The position numbers and the translations under genes were made by a program. 64,000 nucleotides of DNA from Flavobacteriales bacterium (GTDB lineage: Bacteria; Bacteroidota; Bacteroidia; Flavobacteriales; JANQLC01): NCBI GenBank assembly GCA_028280815.1, contig JANQLC010000007.1:15037-79036 (forward strand). The letters are read 5' to 3'. The notes beneath the pieces were generated by a model. It worked only from the letters and a program-made list of their open reading frames with translations. It made no database searches and was not told the origin of the DNA. Below, one piece after another: positions 1 to 9,481 of the stretch (its first letter is position 1; every line of letters begins with the position of its first letter).

Positions 1-230
1 CGATCATCGAAAGCCAGTCAAACGCCCGCAAAAAGCGAAAGCCGACCCAAGAGAAATAACGAGCGCATGGAATCGTTTTTCACACCGGTAGATTCGAGGA
101 CGACGGAATTCGATTTTGAAAGCACCGCGCTCTGCCATCGAATTGAAAAACATACGGCGGGGCGTTGATCTCACCTTAAGCCTATGTTGTCAGTTTAGAA
201 AAAAGTTATAGCTTTATCGCTTTAAAACAG

Positions 231-1625
231 ATGAGCACGATCGAGAAAAACAACTGGGGGATATGGGCAGCTGCAGCACTTGTGGTATGCTTGTGCGCTT
301 GTAGTAGGACGGGTTATCAACGCACGCAGGGTGAGTTGGTGGGAGCGTCGAAGAAGAAAGGCTGGTCTCGGAAGAAACCCCGTGGCATGTCTTTGATTCC
401 AGCGGGCTCCTTCACCATGGGCAACTCGAGCTACGATCCCATTCACCCCTTAAGGACATCCGCCAAAACCGCTTCGGTCAACGGTTTCTATATGGATGAA
501 ACGGAAATCACAAATCGGGAATACCATCAGTTTGTCAATTGGGTTCGAGATTCTATCGTGCGGACCTGGTTGGCCGAGCGCGCTGGAAGTCCCGAGGCTG
601 GCAAAGCCGATGGGCTCGCTGCTTACGCATATCGAAAACCGCCTTATGAAAGCGATGAAAAAATGCTTGCTACCAATACGCAAAGGCGCGCAGATAGCGG
701 GCCTGACGCTGAAAAGACGCAAAAACAGTTGGATTGGTCGTCGGACATCATATGGGATAGAAAATCCTATCCCTCTAAAGCCTATGCAGCGGCTTTAGAA
801 CAGATATACCTACCGGCTGGCGAGCGCATGGGTGGAGAGCCCGTGATAGACGTGCGGAAATTAAATTACCGCTACCGCGAGCTGGATTCGAATGCAGCAC
901 CAAAAGAAGGAGAAAACCGAGAGGCTAATTTTATCGAGAAGGTGATCAATGTATATCCCGACACGGCGGTTTGGACTAAAGACTTTCATTTTTCCCATAA
1001 CGAACCCCTGCAAATGCAGTACTTCTCACACGAGTCTTATTCGGAATACCCCGTTGTCGGCGTAAGTTGGTATCAGGCCAACGCCTTTTGTGTATGGCGG
1101 ACGGACTACAAAAACAGATACCAAAAATCAAGGGGCAAGCCAGCTGTTTTTCCGTTTCGCTTGCCTACGGAAACCGAGTGGGAATATGCGGCGAGGGGCG
1201 GGATCGACAATGAAACCTACCCTTGGGGCGGGCCCTATCTCATGGATGAACGCGGTCGTTTCTTGGCAAACTTCAAACCCAGGCGCGGCGATTACCTGGC
1301 CGACGGCGCCATGTACACGGCCCAGGTGAAGTCGTATTACCCAAATGGATACGGTTTGTACAATATGGCGGGCAATGTGGCTGAGTGGACGAGCTCCTCG
1401 TATAATTCGGCTTCTTATCGCGCTTATAGCGCCTTGAATCCAACGCTGAAAGGGCAGGGTGAAAGCAACCCGAAAAAAGTGATTCGCGGTGGTTCCTGGA
1501 AGGACGTGGGTTATTATTTGAAAGTCTCCACCCGGGATTTTGAATACGCGGACTCCGCGCGCAGCTATATCGGTTTCCGAACGGTACAGGATTATCCCAA
1601 CCGACCCAAAATGAGGAGATACTAA
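231..1625 (+). CDS. gldK: Gliding motility / T9SS lipoprotein GldK (PorK family, SUMF1/FGE-like fold)
   Basis: 464-aa ORF. The N-terminus has a lipoprotein-type signal (..VVCLCAC|S). It carries FGE/SUMF1-type motifs (WEYAARGG, RGGSW, GFRTV). It is the first gene of a tightly spaced K-L-M-N series. Confidence 0.9.
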   Translation: MSTIEKNNWGIWAAAALVVCLCACSRTGYQRTQGELVGASKKKGWSRKKPRGMSLIPAGSFTMGNSSYDPIHPLRTSAKTASVNGFYMDETEITNREYHQFVNWVRDSIVRTWLAERAGSPEAGKADGLAAYAYRKPPYESDEKMLATNTQRRADSGPDAEKTQKQLDWSSDIIWDRKSYPSKAYAAALEQIYLPAGERMGGEPVIDVRKLNYRYRELDSNAAPKEGENREANFIEKVINVYPDTAVWTKDFHFSHNEPLQMQYFSHESYSEYPVVGVSWYQANAFCVWRTDYKNRYQKSRGKPAVFPFRLPTETEWEYAARGGIDNETYPWGGPYLMDERGRFLANFKPRRGDYLADGAMYTAQVKSYYPNGYGLYNMAGNVAEWTSSSYNSASYRAYSALNPTLKGQGESNPKKVIRGGSWKDVGYYLKVSTRDFEYADSARSYIGFRTVQDYPNRPKMRRY

Positions 1626-1648
1626 TTGCAAAGGAAAAAACTAGGGTT

Positions 1649-2143
1649 ATGAACAAGAGGGCATTTAACTTTTTCTACGGCATGGGGGCCGCCATAATCA
1701 TCGTCGGCGTGCTCTTTAAATTGATTCACCTCGGCGGTGCGCTGGCCAATTTGTTACTGGTGGTCGGCATGGGCGTAGAGGCGATCATCTTCGCCTTTTC
1801 GGCCTTTGACGCCCCTGAGCCCGAATACGATTGGACTAAGGTGTATCCCGAATTGGCGGATGGTAAGGCGCGACCTGAGAAATCCGTGCAGGCCGAGCAG
1901 TCCACACCGGCGCAGAAGCGGTATGAAGACCAGTTGAATTTGGCAGCTACCCATATGGAGTCGCTCAACGCCCTGTACAACATCCAATTGGAAAAGGGTC
2001 AGGCATTCACGGAAGCACTGGGCAGCACGGCTGAAAACGCTGCACATATGAAGGACGCATTTGGAAAACTCTCCGGCAACCTGTCGACGCTCAACCAGGT
2101 CTACGGCGGTATGCTGTCGGCTATGCGTATTAAAGATCGATAA
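1649..2143 (+). CDS. gldL: Gliding motility / T9SS motor protein GldL (PorL family)
   Basis: 164 aa. The N-terminal two-TM segment (FFYGMGAAIIIVGVLFKLIH..VGMGVEAIIFAFSAF) and the C-terminal LNQVYGGMLSAM match my recollection of GldL. It lies between gldK and gldM. Confidence 0.85.
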   Translation: MNKRAFNFFYGMGAAIIIVGVLFKLIHLGGALANLLLVVGMGVEAIIFAFSAFDAPEPEYDWTKVYPELADGKARPEKSVQAEQSTPAQKRYEDQLNLAATHMESLNALYNIQLEKGQAFTEALGSTAENAAHMKDAFGKLSGNLSTLNQVYGGMLSAMRIKDR

Positions 2144-2151
2144 GCGGTAAG

Positions 2152-3717
2152 ATGGCAAAGCCACTCAACCCCCGGCAGCGGATGATAAACTTGATGTACC
2201 TCATCTTTATCGCTATGCTGGCCTTAAACATATCCAAAAAGGTACTAACCGCTTTTGGTCTCACCAATGATGCGCTGAAAGAGTCGAATGAGATATCGAC
2301 CACGGAGAACCGGGGCCTCGTAGAGAACTTGGCGATCAAAAGTCGGGACCAGCCGACAAAATTCGATTCGCTTTACAAAAAAGCCCAAAAGGTGGTCGCT
2401 CTATCGAACAGACTGTACGACTACGTCGAGGGAATAAGGTCCGATTTGTACGCGAGTTATGGCTTTCCATTGGACAGCAAGGCATTTGAGAGCATGGATC
2501 AATCCGATGCGTTGGACGATATGCTCTTTGAAGGGGCGGGTCTATCGAAAGAGGGGAAAGCGTTTCAACGAGAGATGGAGACCTATAAGGGCGGTATGCT
2601 AGCCTTGTTGAGCCTTGAAAGGGATCGGCGTTTGATCAAGCGGATCGGGGAGCTGTTCAACACGGAACCGGAAATCGTAAACGGCATCAAAATGCCGTGG
2701 CTGAGCGCCCGCTTTGAAGGCTTCCCCATGATCGCATCCGCAACGACGCTTTCGGAAATCCAGTCGAATATCCGATCTATGGAATTCCAGGTGGTCAGCA
2801 ACTGGTTAGAAGGACAGTTGAGCCGAGAGACTTCCTATTTGAATTATTCGACGATTTTGCAGGCCGATAAAACCGCTTTTTTCAAGGGGCAGAATTTTCA
2901 GGGAAGCATTGTTCTCGGCAGAGCCGACAGTTCTACCCAACCCAAGGCGGTGGAACTAACCCTAGATGGCAAACCGCTCGCCGCATCGGACTACAAATTG
3001 AAAGGCGGCCGCGTGGTTTTAGACTTTCCGGTAAGCGATGTGGGCGAACACAGCATTAAGGGGAAACTCATCTTTGTTGAAAATGGAAAGCGCATAGGCG
3101 TTCCAGTAAACAGCTCGTTTGCCGTTATAGCAAGCCCCCATGCGGCGGTGATCTCCGCAGATAAGATGAATGTGCTGTATCGCGGTGTCGACAATCCGGT
3201 TTCCATCTCTATCCCCGGGTTGCCGGATAATAAGATTCGCGTTTCGACTCCTGGCTTTAGAGAAGTGGGAGCGGGCAAATATACGGCAAATGTCACCGCT
3301 CTCAAAGCCAGGACCTTGCGCGTGAATGTATCGGCTACCTTGCCCCGAGGTAAAGAGATCAATCCGAGCAAAGTCTTTCGCGTAAAAGACATTCCAGCGC
3401 CAGAAGGCACCATTAGGGGACAAGCTGAAGCGCGTATGCCGATCAGTAGCTTTGTCCGTTCAACCGTGGGTGCAGCACTACGAGATTTCCCCTTTGATTT
3501 GAGACTAGATGTGACGGGCTTCGTGGTGAAAATCCCCGGCCTTCCTTCCATCCCCGTATCTGGCAACCGTATGAATGAGCGCGTGCGACGCGCCGTCAGT
3601 CGCTTGGGCCCGGGCGATCAGGTCACCATTAACCGCATCAAGGCCAGCGTAGCCGGCATTTCAAACTATAAGGTAAAAAGTGTATCCCCTGTGGTGGTGA
3701 CCATCTCGGGCAGATAA
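2152..3717 (+). CDS. gldM: Gliding motility / T9SS protein GldM (PorM family)
   Basis: 521 aa. The N-terminus PRQRMINLMYLIFIAMLALN is the typical GldM TM helix. The gene starts 8 nt after gldL. Confidence 0.9.
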   Translation: MAKPLNPRQRMINLMYLIFIAMLALNISKKVLTAFGLTNDALKESNEISTTENRGLVENLAIKSRDQPTKFDSLYKKAQKVVALSNRLYDYVEGIRSDLYASYGFPLDSKAFESMDQSDALDDMLFEGAGLSKEGKAFQREMETYKGGMLALLSLERDRRLIKRIGELFNTEPEIVNGIKMPWLSARFEGFPMIASATTLSEIQSNIRSMEFQVVSNWLEGQLSRETSYLNYSTILQADKTAFFKGQNFQGSIVLGRADSSTQPKAVELTLDGKPLAASDYKLKGGRVVLDFPVSDVGEHSIKGKLIFVENGKRIGVPVNSSFAVIASPHAAVISADKMNVLYRGVDNPVSISIPGLPDNKIRVSTPGFREVGAGKYTANVTALKARTLRVNVSATLPRGKEINPSKVFRVKDIPAPEGTIRGQAEARMPISSFVRSTVGAALRDFPFDLRLDVTGFVVKIPGLPSIPVSGNRMNERVRRAVSRLGPGDQVTINRIKASVAGISNYKVKSVSPVVVTISGR

Positions 3718-3732
3718 TACAAAAGCAAACGC

Positions 3733-4635
3733 ATGAAAAAACCGTTCATCTCGCTGGTATACGTCATGGCTTTGGCCGGCATCTCCCAGGCTCAAAATAT
3801 ATTAAATGCGAAAATGCCGGCGGACATTCGAAAAGAGGAAGTGGCTGAAATCTACGATAGTACGAGCATTCACCACGATGGACCCCTGCCTTATGAACGC
3901 GTGGAGAGCCGCGATGTCATGTGGTCGCGGATGGTATGGGAGATGATTGACCTCAGTGAAAAAGTCAATTATCCCTATTATTACCCACTGGATGCGATGA
4001 CCACAGATCGGGGTCGTATGTCGCTTTTCGATGCCCTGATGACGGGGATCCAGAAGGGCGAAATCACAGCGGTATATGCGGATTCTTATTTCAGGCAAAA
4101 GCTCACAAAAGCTGATATAGAGCAAAACACGCAGCGCATCGATACCTTGGACCTAGGCATAGAGCAAGCCAACGCCGGCGAGGCGGTCAGTCCGGAATAC
4201 ATCGATAAAGTCCGGATAAGCGCTGCCGATATTCGCATGTTTAAAATCCGGGGGGTCTGGTATTTTGACAAACACTTGGGCGCCTTGCGCTATCGCTTGT
4301 TGGGCATCGCACCGGTGGCACCCGATATCTATCAACAAAACGATGGAGCAGATGCAGCCGATTGGGTCGAATTGTTTTGGGTTTGGTACCGAGACGCCCG
4401 AAAAACCTTGTACAGCTGCCAGGTTTCCAACCCCAACAACCGCATGGAATCCCTATCGTATGACGATTTGTTAAACGCGAGGCGATTCAGCAGCTCGATT
4501 TATAAGGTTTCAAATGCTTATGGAGACGAAGAAATCAAAGGCTTGTACCCAGGCGATACAGCCCGACAAATCGCAGAGTCGTTGCGACTAAAAGAACAAA
4601 TTCTGAATTTTGAAAACGATCAATGGTCGTATTGA
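3733..4635 (+). CDS. gldN: Gliding motility / T9SS periplasmic ring protein GldN (PorN family)
   Basis: 300 aa with a signal peptide (..ALAGISQA|Q). It is the fourth gene of the gldKLMN operon, 15 nt after gldM. Confidence 0.85.
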   Translation: MKKPFISLVYVMALAGISQAQNILNAKMPADIRKEEVAEIYDSTSIHHDGPLPYERVESRDVMWSRMVWEMIDLSEKVNYPYYYPLDAMTTDRGRMSLFDALMTGIQKGEITAVYADSYFRQKLTKADIEQNTQRIDTLDLGIEQANAGEAVSPEYIDKVRISAADIRMFKIRGVWYFDKHLGALRYRLLGIAPVAPDIYQQNDGADAADWVELFWVWYRDARKTLYSCQVSNPNNRMESLSYDDLLNARRFSSSIYKVSNAYGDEEIKGLYPGDTARQIAESLRLKEQILNFENDQWSY

Positions 4636-4965
4636 AATCCCCGCGCAGATCCGGCGCCGTATCGACTAAAGACCCAACACCCAAAAACTGCAATCGGATT
4701 GCAAAAAATGGCTGAGGGGTGAATCAAAAAGTGGAATGGGAAAATCACCGAGGGAAAAACGCGACAAATACACCGTGTCAAGGGCATGTAACCCTAGAAT
4801 AAATCCCAGAGAAGCGGAGAATCTTCAAACCGATACCCTATACCAGAAGACCCGATAAAAACAGCTGCCCCAAGCACAGCAGCTGTAAAAGCAAACCGGC
4901 TGAGAAAGACCGGGTTCTGATTTAAATCCATACCTTTACAAAAAACTTTAAAGTCCCTTTAAAAT

Positions 4966-6918
4966 ATGAAGTACAAAAGCCCCATCATATGCTTAGTCAT
5001 TCTCGTTTTCTCGGCTGGGTGTAGCAAGCGAGCAGACAAAGCCCAAACCTTAGACCTCGGCGCCCTGCAGCTATCGAGTCGCAGGGTAAAACCCGGCGCA
5101 GACATTCGGATCACCTATTTGCCCAACCGCAGCAACCTCAAGGGTGCCCAAGACATTCAAGGCGTTCTCTACCAGCTGACCGGGCGCGATATCCACGCAC
5201 AGACAGTCGCGATGAAGGAGAGGCAAAGCGACACGCTGGAAGCCCGCATTCACATCCCCGATTCGGCGCAAGCCCTGGTCTTCAACTTTAAGTCCAAATA
5301 CAAAACGGACAACAACGGTGATAAAGGCTATGCCATTCCCCTATACGGTAAAGACGGCGCGGTTTTACCCGGTGCCAAAGCGGCCATGGGGTACTTTTAT
5401 CTCCGAGGCAGGTCTCAGGTTGACGTAAACATCAGGCACGATGTATCCGATGCGCTGGCCCTGATCTGGTCGGATATGAAAAACCACCCCAAACTGCGGA
5501 GCGCACAGCGGGGAGCGTACCTCATCCAATACTATCGAAACAATCCCGAAAAGGGAAAGGGCTTGGTCGAATCCCAGATCGGTCAACTCGAATCCCAGGG
5601 GGACTTAGATGAAGACGAATTATCGACCTTGCAGCACTTTTATGCCGTTTTGAGCGACAAAGCGAAATCGGATTCCGTCAATCGAGTTCTCGTCTCGAAA
5701 TTTCCCCATGGCAAAGCCGCTTCTATTCAAGCGTTACAAAAAATTATGGGGACGAAAGACTTGACAAAAGCGACAGCGCTTTACGAGCAATACAAGACTG
5801 GGTTTGGCAGCGATATGAATGCCGATGGACACGACTACGTCGTTTCGAACTTAGCTCGGCGCTATTGTCGAAGGGGGAATTTAGATGCGGCCATGCAGCT
5901 GGCTCTGGAGCTGAACAGCAAAAGGGATGCGGGTAAGCTGTGCAATCGTATTGCCTTTCCCTTGGCCGAAAAGGGAGAAAAGCTGAAGCAAGCCCAAAAA
6001 ATTTCTAAAAAATCCCTGGAACTCCTCGAAGAAGTCAAAGCAGACCCCAAAGCAAAACCCACTTATCTAACTGCAGCAGAGTGGAAGGCGAGGATGGCAG
6101 ATGAGTATGCTGCGTATGCAGATACCTATGCCTTCATTCTATTCAAGCGGGGAAAAATAAAAGAAGCGATTGCATACCAATCGAAAATAGCCGGTATAGA
6201 AGCCGATCCTGAAATTAACGAGCACTACGTTCGGTTTTTACTGGCGGATAGACAATACGATCAGGCACTCGCGCATGCACGGGAATACATGGAATCCAAT
6301 GTGGGAACGCCAGAGATAGAGATCTATTTAAAGCAGGCATACCAAAAGGTACACCACTCGCTTAGGGGCTATAAAGCCTTTCTCACAAAGGTGAAGAAAA
6401 CCGAGAAGAAGCACGTGGTGGCTGTGCTCAAAAGAGAAATGATCGACAAACCCGCGCCCGACTTCAGCCTAAAAGACCTCAAAGGGAACGAAGTGTCACT
6501 GCGTTCGCTCAGGGGAAAAGTGGTGATATTAGACTTCTGGGCTACCTGGTGCGGTGTCTGTAGGGCCTCTTTTCCAGCCATGCAAAAGGCGGTTGATCAG
6601 TACAAAAATGACGATGGGGTAAAATTTCTCTTTGTAGATACCTGGGAAAATGGGGACAATGCGGAAGCCCGCAAAAAACGAGTATTGGACTTTATCGCAG
6701 CGCACCCATACCGCTTCCACATCCTAATGGATAAAGAGAAGCCCTTGAAAAGCAGGCGGTTTCAGGCGATAGATGCCTATGGCGTACGTGGCATTCCCAC
6801 CACATTTATCATCGACCCAGCAGGCCAGATCAAGTTTGAAACCGGATACAAAGGCAGCGAGTCGGCTTTGCTCCAAGAAATAGAAGCTATGGTCGCCCTG
6901 GCCCGAGGCAAGGCTTAG
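4966..6918 (+). CDS. Lipoprotein with an N-terminal helical/TPR-like region and a C-terminal TlpA/ResA-like thioredoxin domain
   Basis: 650 aa. It has a lipobox (VFSAGC|S). The C-terminal ~160 aa carry the thiol-disulfide oxidoreductase motif ILDFWATWCGVCR plus a GIPTTFIID element. Confidence 0.75.
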   Translation: MKYKSPIICLVILVFSAGCSKRADKAQTLDLGALQLSSRRVKPGADIRITYLPNRSNLKGAQDIQGVLYQLTGRDIHAQTVAMKERQSDTLEARIHIPDSAQALVFNFKSKYKTDNNGDKGYAIPLYGKDGAVLPGAKAAMGYFYLRGRSQVDVNIRHDVSDALALIWSDMKNHPKLRSAQRGAYLIQYYRNNPEKGKGLVESQIGQLESQGDLDEDELSTLQHFYAVLSDKAKSDSVNRVLVSKFPHGKAASIQALQKIMGTKDLTKATALYEQYKTGFGSDMNADGHDYVVSNLARRYCRRGNLDAAMQLALELNSKRDAGKLCNRIAFPLAEKGEKLKQAQKISKKSLELLEEVKADPKAKPTYLTAAEWKARMADEYAAYADTYAFILFKRGKIKEAIAYQSKIAGIEADPEINEHYVRFLLADRQYDQALAHAREYMESNVGTPEIEIYLKQAYQKVHHSLRGYKAFLTKVKKTEKKHVVAVLKREMIDKPAPDFSLKDLKGNEVSLRSLRGKVVILDFWATWCGVCRASFPAMQKAVDQYKNDDGVKFLFVDTWENGDNAEARKKRVLDFIAAHPYRFHILMDKEKPLKSRRFQAIDAYGVRGIPTTFIIDPAGQIKFETGYKGSESALLQEIEAMVALARGKA

Positions 6919-6934
6919 CCGATTCGGCAAAAAA

Positions 6935-6965
6935 CCCTTTCCAGTCATAGCAAGCTAAGAAAGGG
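6935..6965 (-). terminator. Weak intrinsic-terminator-like hairpin oriented for leftward (minus-strand) transcription
   Basis: CCCTTTC (6935-6941) pairs with GAAAGGG (6959-6965) across a 17-nt loop. On the minus strand the stem is followed by a U-run (complement of the A-run at 6929-6934). Confidence 0.3.
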
Positions 6966-7044
6966 GTTCCACGCTACCAGCCCTGTATGGATTGCGACAA
7001 TTTATAGGCGACATCGTCCCAATGCCAGCCTTTCTTATATCGAG

Positions 7045-7742
7045 CCGAGAAAAGTAAGCCCCGCTTTCAAATCGTCAAACGGAAATAAAAAAGGAATACC
7101 CATCTATAAAACCAACTCAAAAGGACAAAGACAAAGGATAAGCCTTTCAGACCGCCAACCGGAAACAAAGAATAAATCTCCTTTTTAAAGCATCATATGA
7201 GATAAAAAACCAATACCTGCCTTTCAGGCTGAGCTGCAGGATTAAATGCGAAAAAATACGACACCCCCTTTCGATCATCCCGTAGAGATAAAGGCCAAAG
7301 AAACAATTCCGCGCTTCTTAACCCGCCATGCACAGCAAAAAGCAAGCCCTTTTCCAAATCGATTTGCCGCCCTTGTAGCCATCACCCAAGATACTGTAAA
7401 ATATGCCCGAAGTAACTGCGCGACAAGGCTACCACAGCCTCAGACAAAACCAAAGAAATGTAGTCCCCCTTTCCCAATCAACAACCGAGAGCGAGAGGTG
7501 AGAAAAATGAGAGTCAAGCTGTAAACCCTCACAAAGGCGCAAAAGCAAGAGCACAAGGCTGAATTTGCAGCATGAACCTTAGAAACGACAAAAAATACGG
7601 TATGCGTTTAGACTCATTCCATAGAGATAAAACGAAGAAACAAGGCTTTTAAGTGATCTCACACAGCACAAACATAAAGAATGAGGCCAAGGCATCCAGA
7701 CTGATCCCAGTTTTCGTCTCTGAGCCCCATGCCGTACCGCAG
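7045..7742. repeat. Intergenic array of degenerate ~40-45-bp units (A-run / GC core / T-run / YAGACC tail), A+C-rich on the + strand
   Basis: Example units: CAAAGGATAAGCCTTTCAGACCGCCAACCGG (7132-7162) and AAACAAAGAATAAATCTCCTTTTT (7163-7186). It belongs to the same family as 24996-25480 and 56060-56510. There is no credible ORF. Confidence 0.6.
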
Positions 7743-7926
7743 TGCAGCTAAGGGTAAAGCGGGCCTAGCAAACCCAATCCTCAGATAAGCACTACCCTGT
7801 CCGAGGCCGATATGAAAAAAGCCCATACGCTACATGCAGCTAAGGGTAAAGAAGGGACATCAAATCCGACGTTCAGATAGGCACTACCCGACCCGACCTC
7901 AAATGATGTACCCCGCCGCGTATGGC
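7743..7926. repeat. Two tandem copies of a 92-bp segment; the right copy contains the 3' end of the carbonic anhydrase gene
   Basis: TGCAGCTAAGGGTAAAG starts both copies (7743 and 7835). The stop triplet TCA recurs at 7781 and 7873. The remnant reads ..SDRVVLI*, against the real C-terminus ..SGRVVPI*. Confidence 0.75.
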
Positions 7927-8502
7927 TATTTCGGCGTTTTGTTCCATCTCAGCCAATATGGGACTCTTGTCGCGGATGCGATCGATGGTCTGGTGTACGT
8001 GGTTCTCGACCACTGCGGCTACATAGGCCGCATTTTTCGCGTTTCGCGCATAGCCTTTTGTATCTGCTATCGCGGGTTCTATGTCACGCAAAAGACCCGT
8101 TATATGGCCCAGGGCTAGGCGATCGATCGCCGATTTTACCGCACCGCAATCCGTATGGCCCAAAACCAATAGCAGTGGGCTTCGCGCTACTCGGCAAGCG
8201 TACTCCAAACTGCCCAAAGCACAACTGTCCACAACGTGGCCAGCTACGCGAACCGCGAATACATCGCCGATACCCTGGTCAAAAATCAGCTCCACGGGTA
8301 CGCGGGAATCGATGCAAGCTAGGATTACGGCTTTGGGATATTGCCCGTCGGCACTGGATTCGGCTTGCTTTACATAGTCGCGCTGAATCATTTTTCGGCT
8401 TACAAAACGCGCATTGCCCACCATTAAATCCCGCAGTGCGGCATCGGGGGTCATGTCCGATTGCTGCTGTTTATCCATCACATGGGAAAGCCGTGTATCC
8501 AT
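7873..8502 (-). CDS. Beta-class carbonic anhydrase
   Basis: 209 aa. The zinc-ligand motifs CIDSRV and GHTDCGAV are typical of beta-CA. Confidence 0.85.
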   Translation of the reverse strand: MDTRLSHVMDKQQQSDMTPDAALRDLMVGNARFVSRKMIQRDYVKQAESSADGQYPKAVILACIDSRVPVELIFDQGIGDVFAVRVAGHVVDSCALGSLEYACRVARSPLLLVLGHTDCGAVKSAIDRLALGHITGLLRDIEPAIADTKGYARNAKNAAYVAAVVENHVHQTIDRIRDKSPILAEMEQNAEIAIRGGVHHLRSGRVVPI

Positions 8503-8575
8503 CGTTTCAAATTTAAACCACCGCCGCTATCAGCCCAGATGAGAAATCGCCGAGGCACTGCAACTGGCGAATGAG

Positions 8576-9208
8576 TTAAGACCTGAGTGACAATATATTT
8601 TCCAGCATAAAGACACAACCCTTTAACGCCACCTTCTTATGGCTTATCCATTCGAGATACATCCGTTTAAACCAATGCCGGGCAAAAAGTAAAACAGCTA
8701 CCAGAACAAAAATGTACACCAGAATCCAAAACCCATTGACGGCTATCGGATATAGATTTTTACGGTTATCATCATCCAAGGCGTTAATCCACAAAGCGAC
8801 CACAACGCTCAAAGAGGGAATGACAAAATACTTAAAAAACGAATCCACATATTTAAAAAGCGATTCAATATATGTAAACGGGTCAGACAGGGACTCTTTT
8901 ATCAGCTTAGTGGCTATGGCAATCCGCCCTTCAATTGTCGCGCTGGGCACTTCCTCATAGTATGCAAAGGCTTGGCGTATCCTTATATCGCTTAACGCTT
9001 GAGATTTCCACTTGCAAAAGCACTTGGGAACCGGCAATCCTTTCCGCTTTAGCTCCCTTCGCCTCTTATAGGTATCGAAAATGACGATACAAAATATGAA
9101 AATGACACTTAAAGCCACAAACCAAACCCACGATTTATCGTCGGCGACTAACACAAACCCTCTAGTTATAAAAGCTGCGATAGCTATAAGGACGAATACC
9201 CGTTTCAT
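8576..9208 (-). CDS. Hypothetical polytopic membrane protein (orphan, low GC)
   Basis: 210-aa ORF with about 4 hydrophobic helices and no family motif I recognise. Hand-counted 60-nt samples give 25-38% GC, against ~57% in the adjacent gene. Confidence 0.5.
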   Translation of the reverse strand: MKRVFVLIAIAAFITRGFVLVADDKSWVWFVALSVIFIFCIVIFDTYKRRRELKRKGLPVPKCFCKWKSQALSDIRIRQAFAYYEEVPSATIEGRIAIATKLIKESLSDPFTYIESLFKYVDSFFKYFVIPSLSVVVALWINALDDDNRKNLYPIAVNGFWILVYIFVLVAVLLFARHWFKRMYLEWISHKKVALKGCVFMLENILSLRS

Positions 9209-9481
9209 CCGTTTAAAAGAGATACCTGCAAAGAACAGCTTCTGAAAGGACAGCTCTTTTGGAAATGAGAAAAATCTTCGTCAAAGGTTTTCAGATGCAT
9301 TATTGCAGTCCGATTGTTATAGGTTAAACAGCATCCCAAATGCTGCCGATACAAAGGTAGAAAAGTTGTGCTGGAGTCCATACAACGGTCAAAGGGATGG
9401 GTTCAGTAGCCAGCACCTGGACCCGATGGGGTACAGAGTTGGAGATCGCCTGTAGAAATCGAGGTAGCAATCCAAATCGGG

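Noticed and set aside
1-230. An open frame through 1-168 (..RMESFFTPVDSRTTEFDFESTALCHRIEKHTAGR*) that could be the 3' end of an upstream gene.
   Set aside because: There is no recognisable motif. The sequence is A+C-rich like the other spacers, and no start lies in the window. This is insufficient evidence for a call.
1649-2143. GldL appears short (164 aa), so it might be truncated.
   Set aside because: Both the N-terminal TM pair and the conserved C-terminal LNQVYGGMLSAM are present. The difference is a shorter central cytoplasmic region, so the gene looks intact.
8503-8575. Direct repeat of the tRNA-Cys 3' end, marking the far boundary of an integrated islet.
   Set aside because: Only a 7-nt match (CGCCGAG) was found, which is within chance expectation. 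No integrase gene is present.
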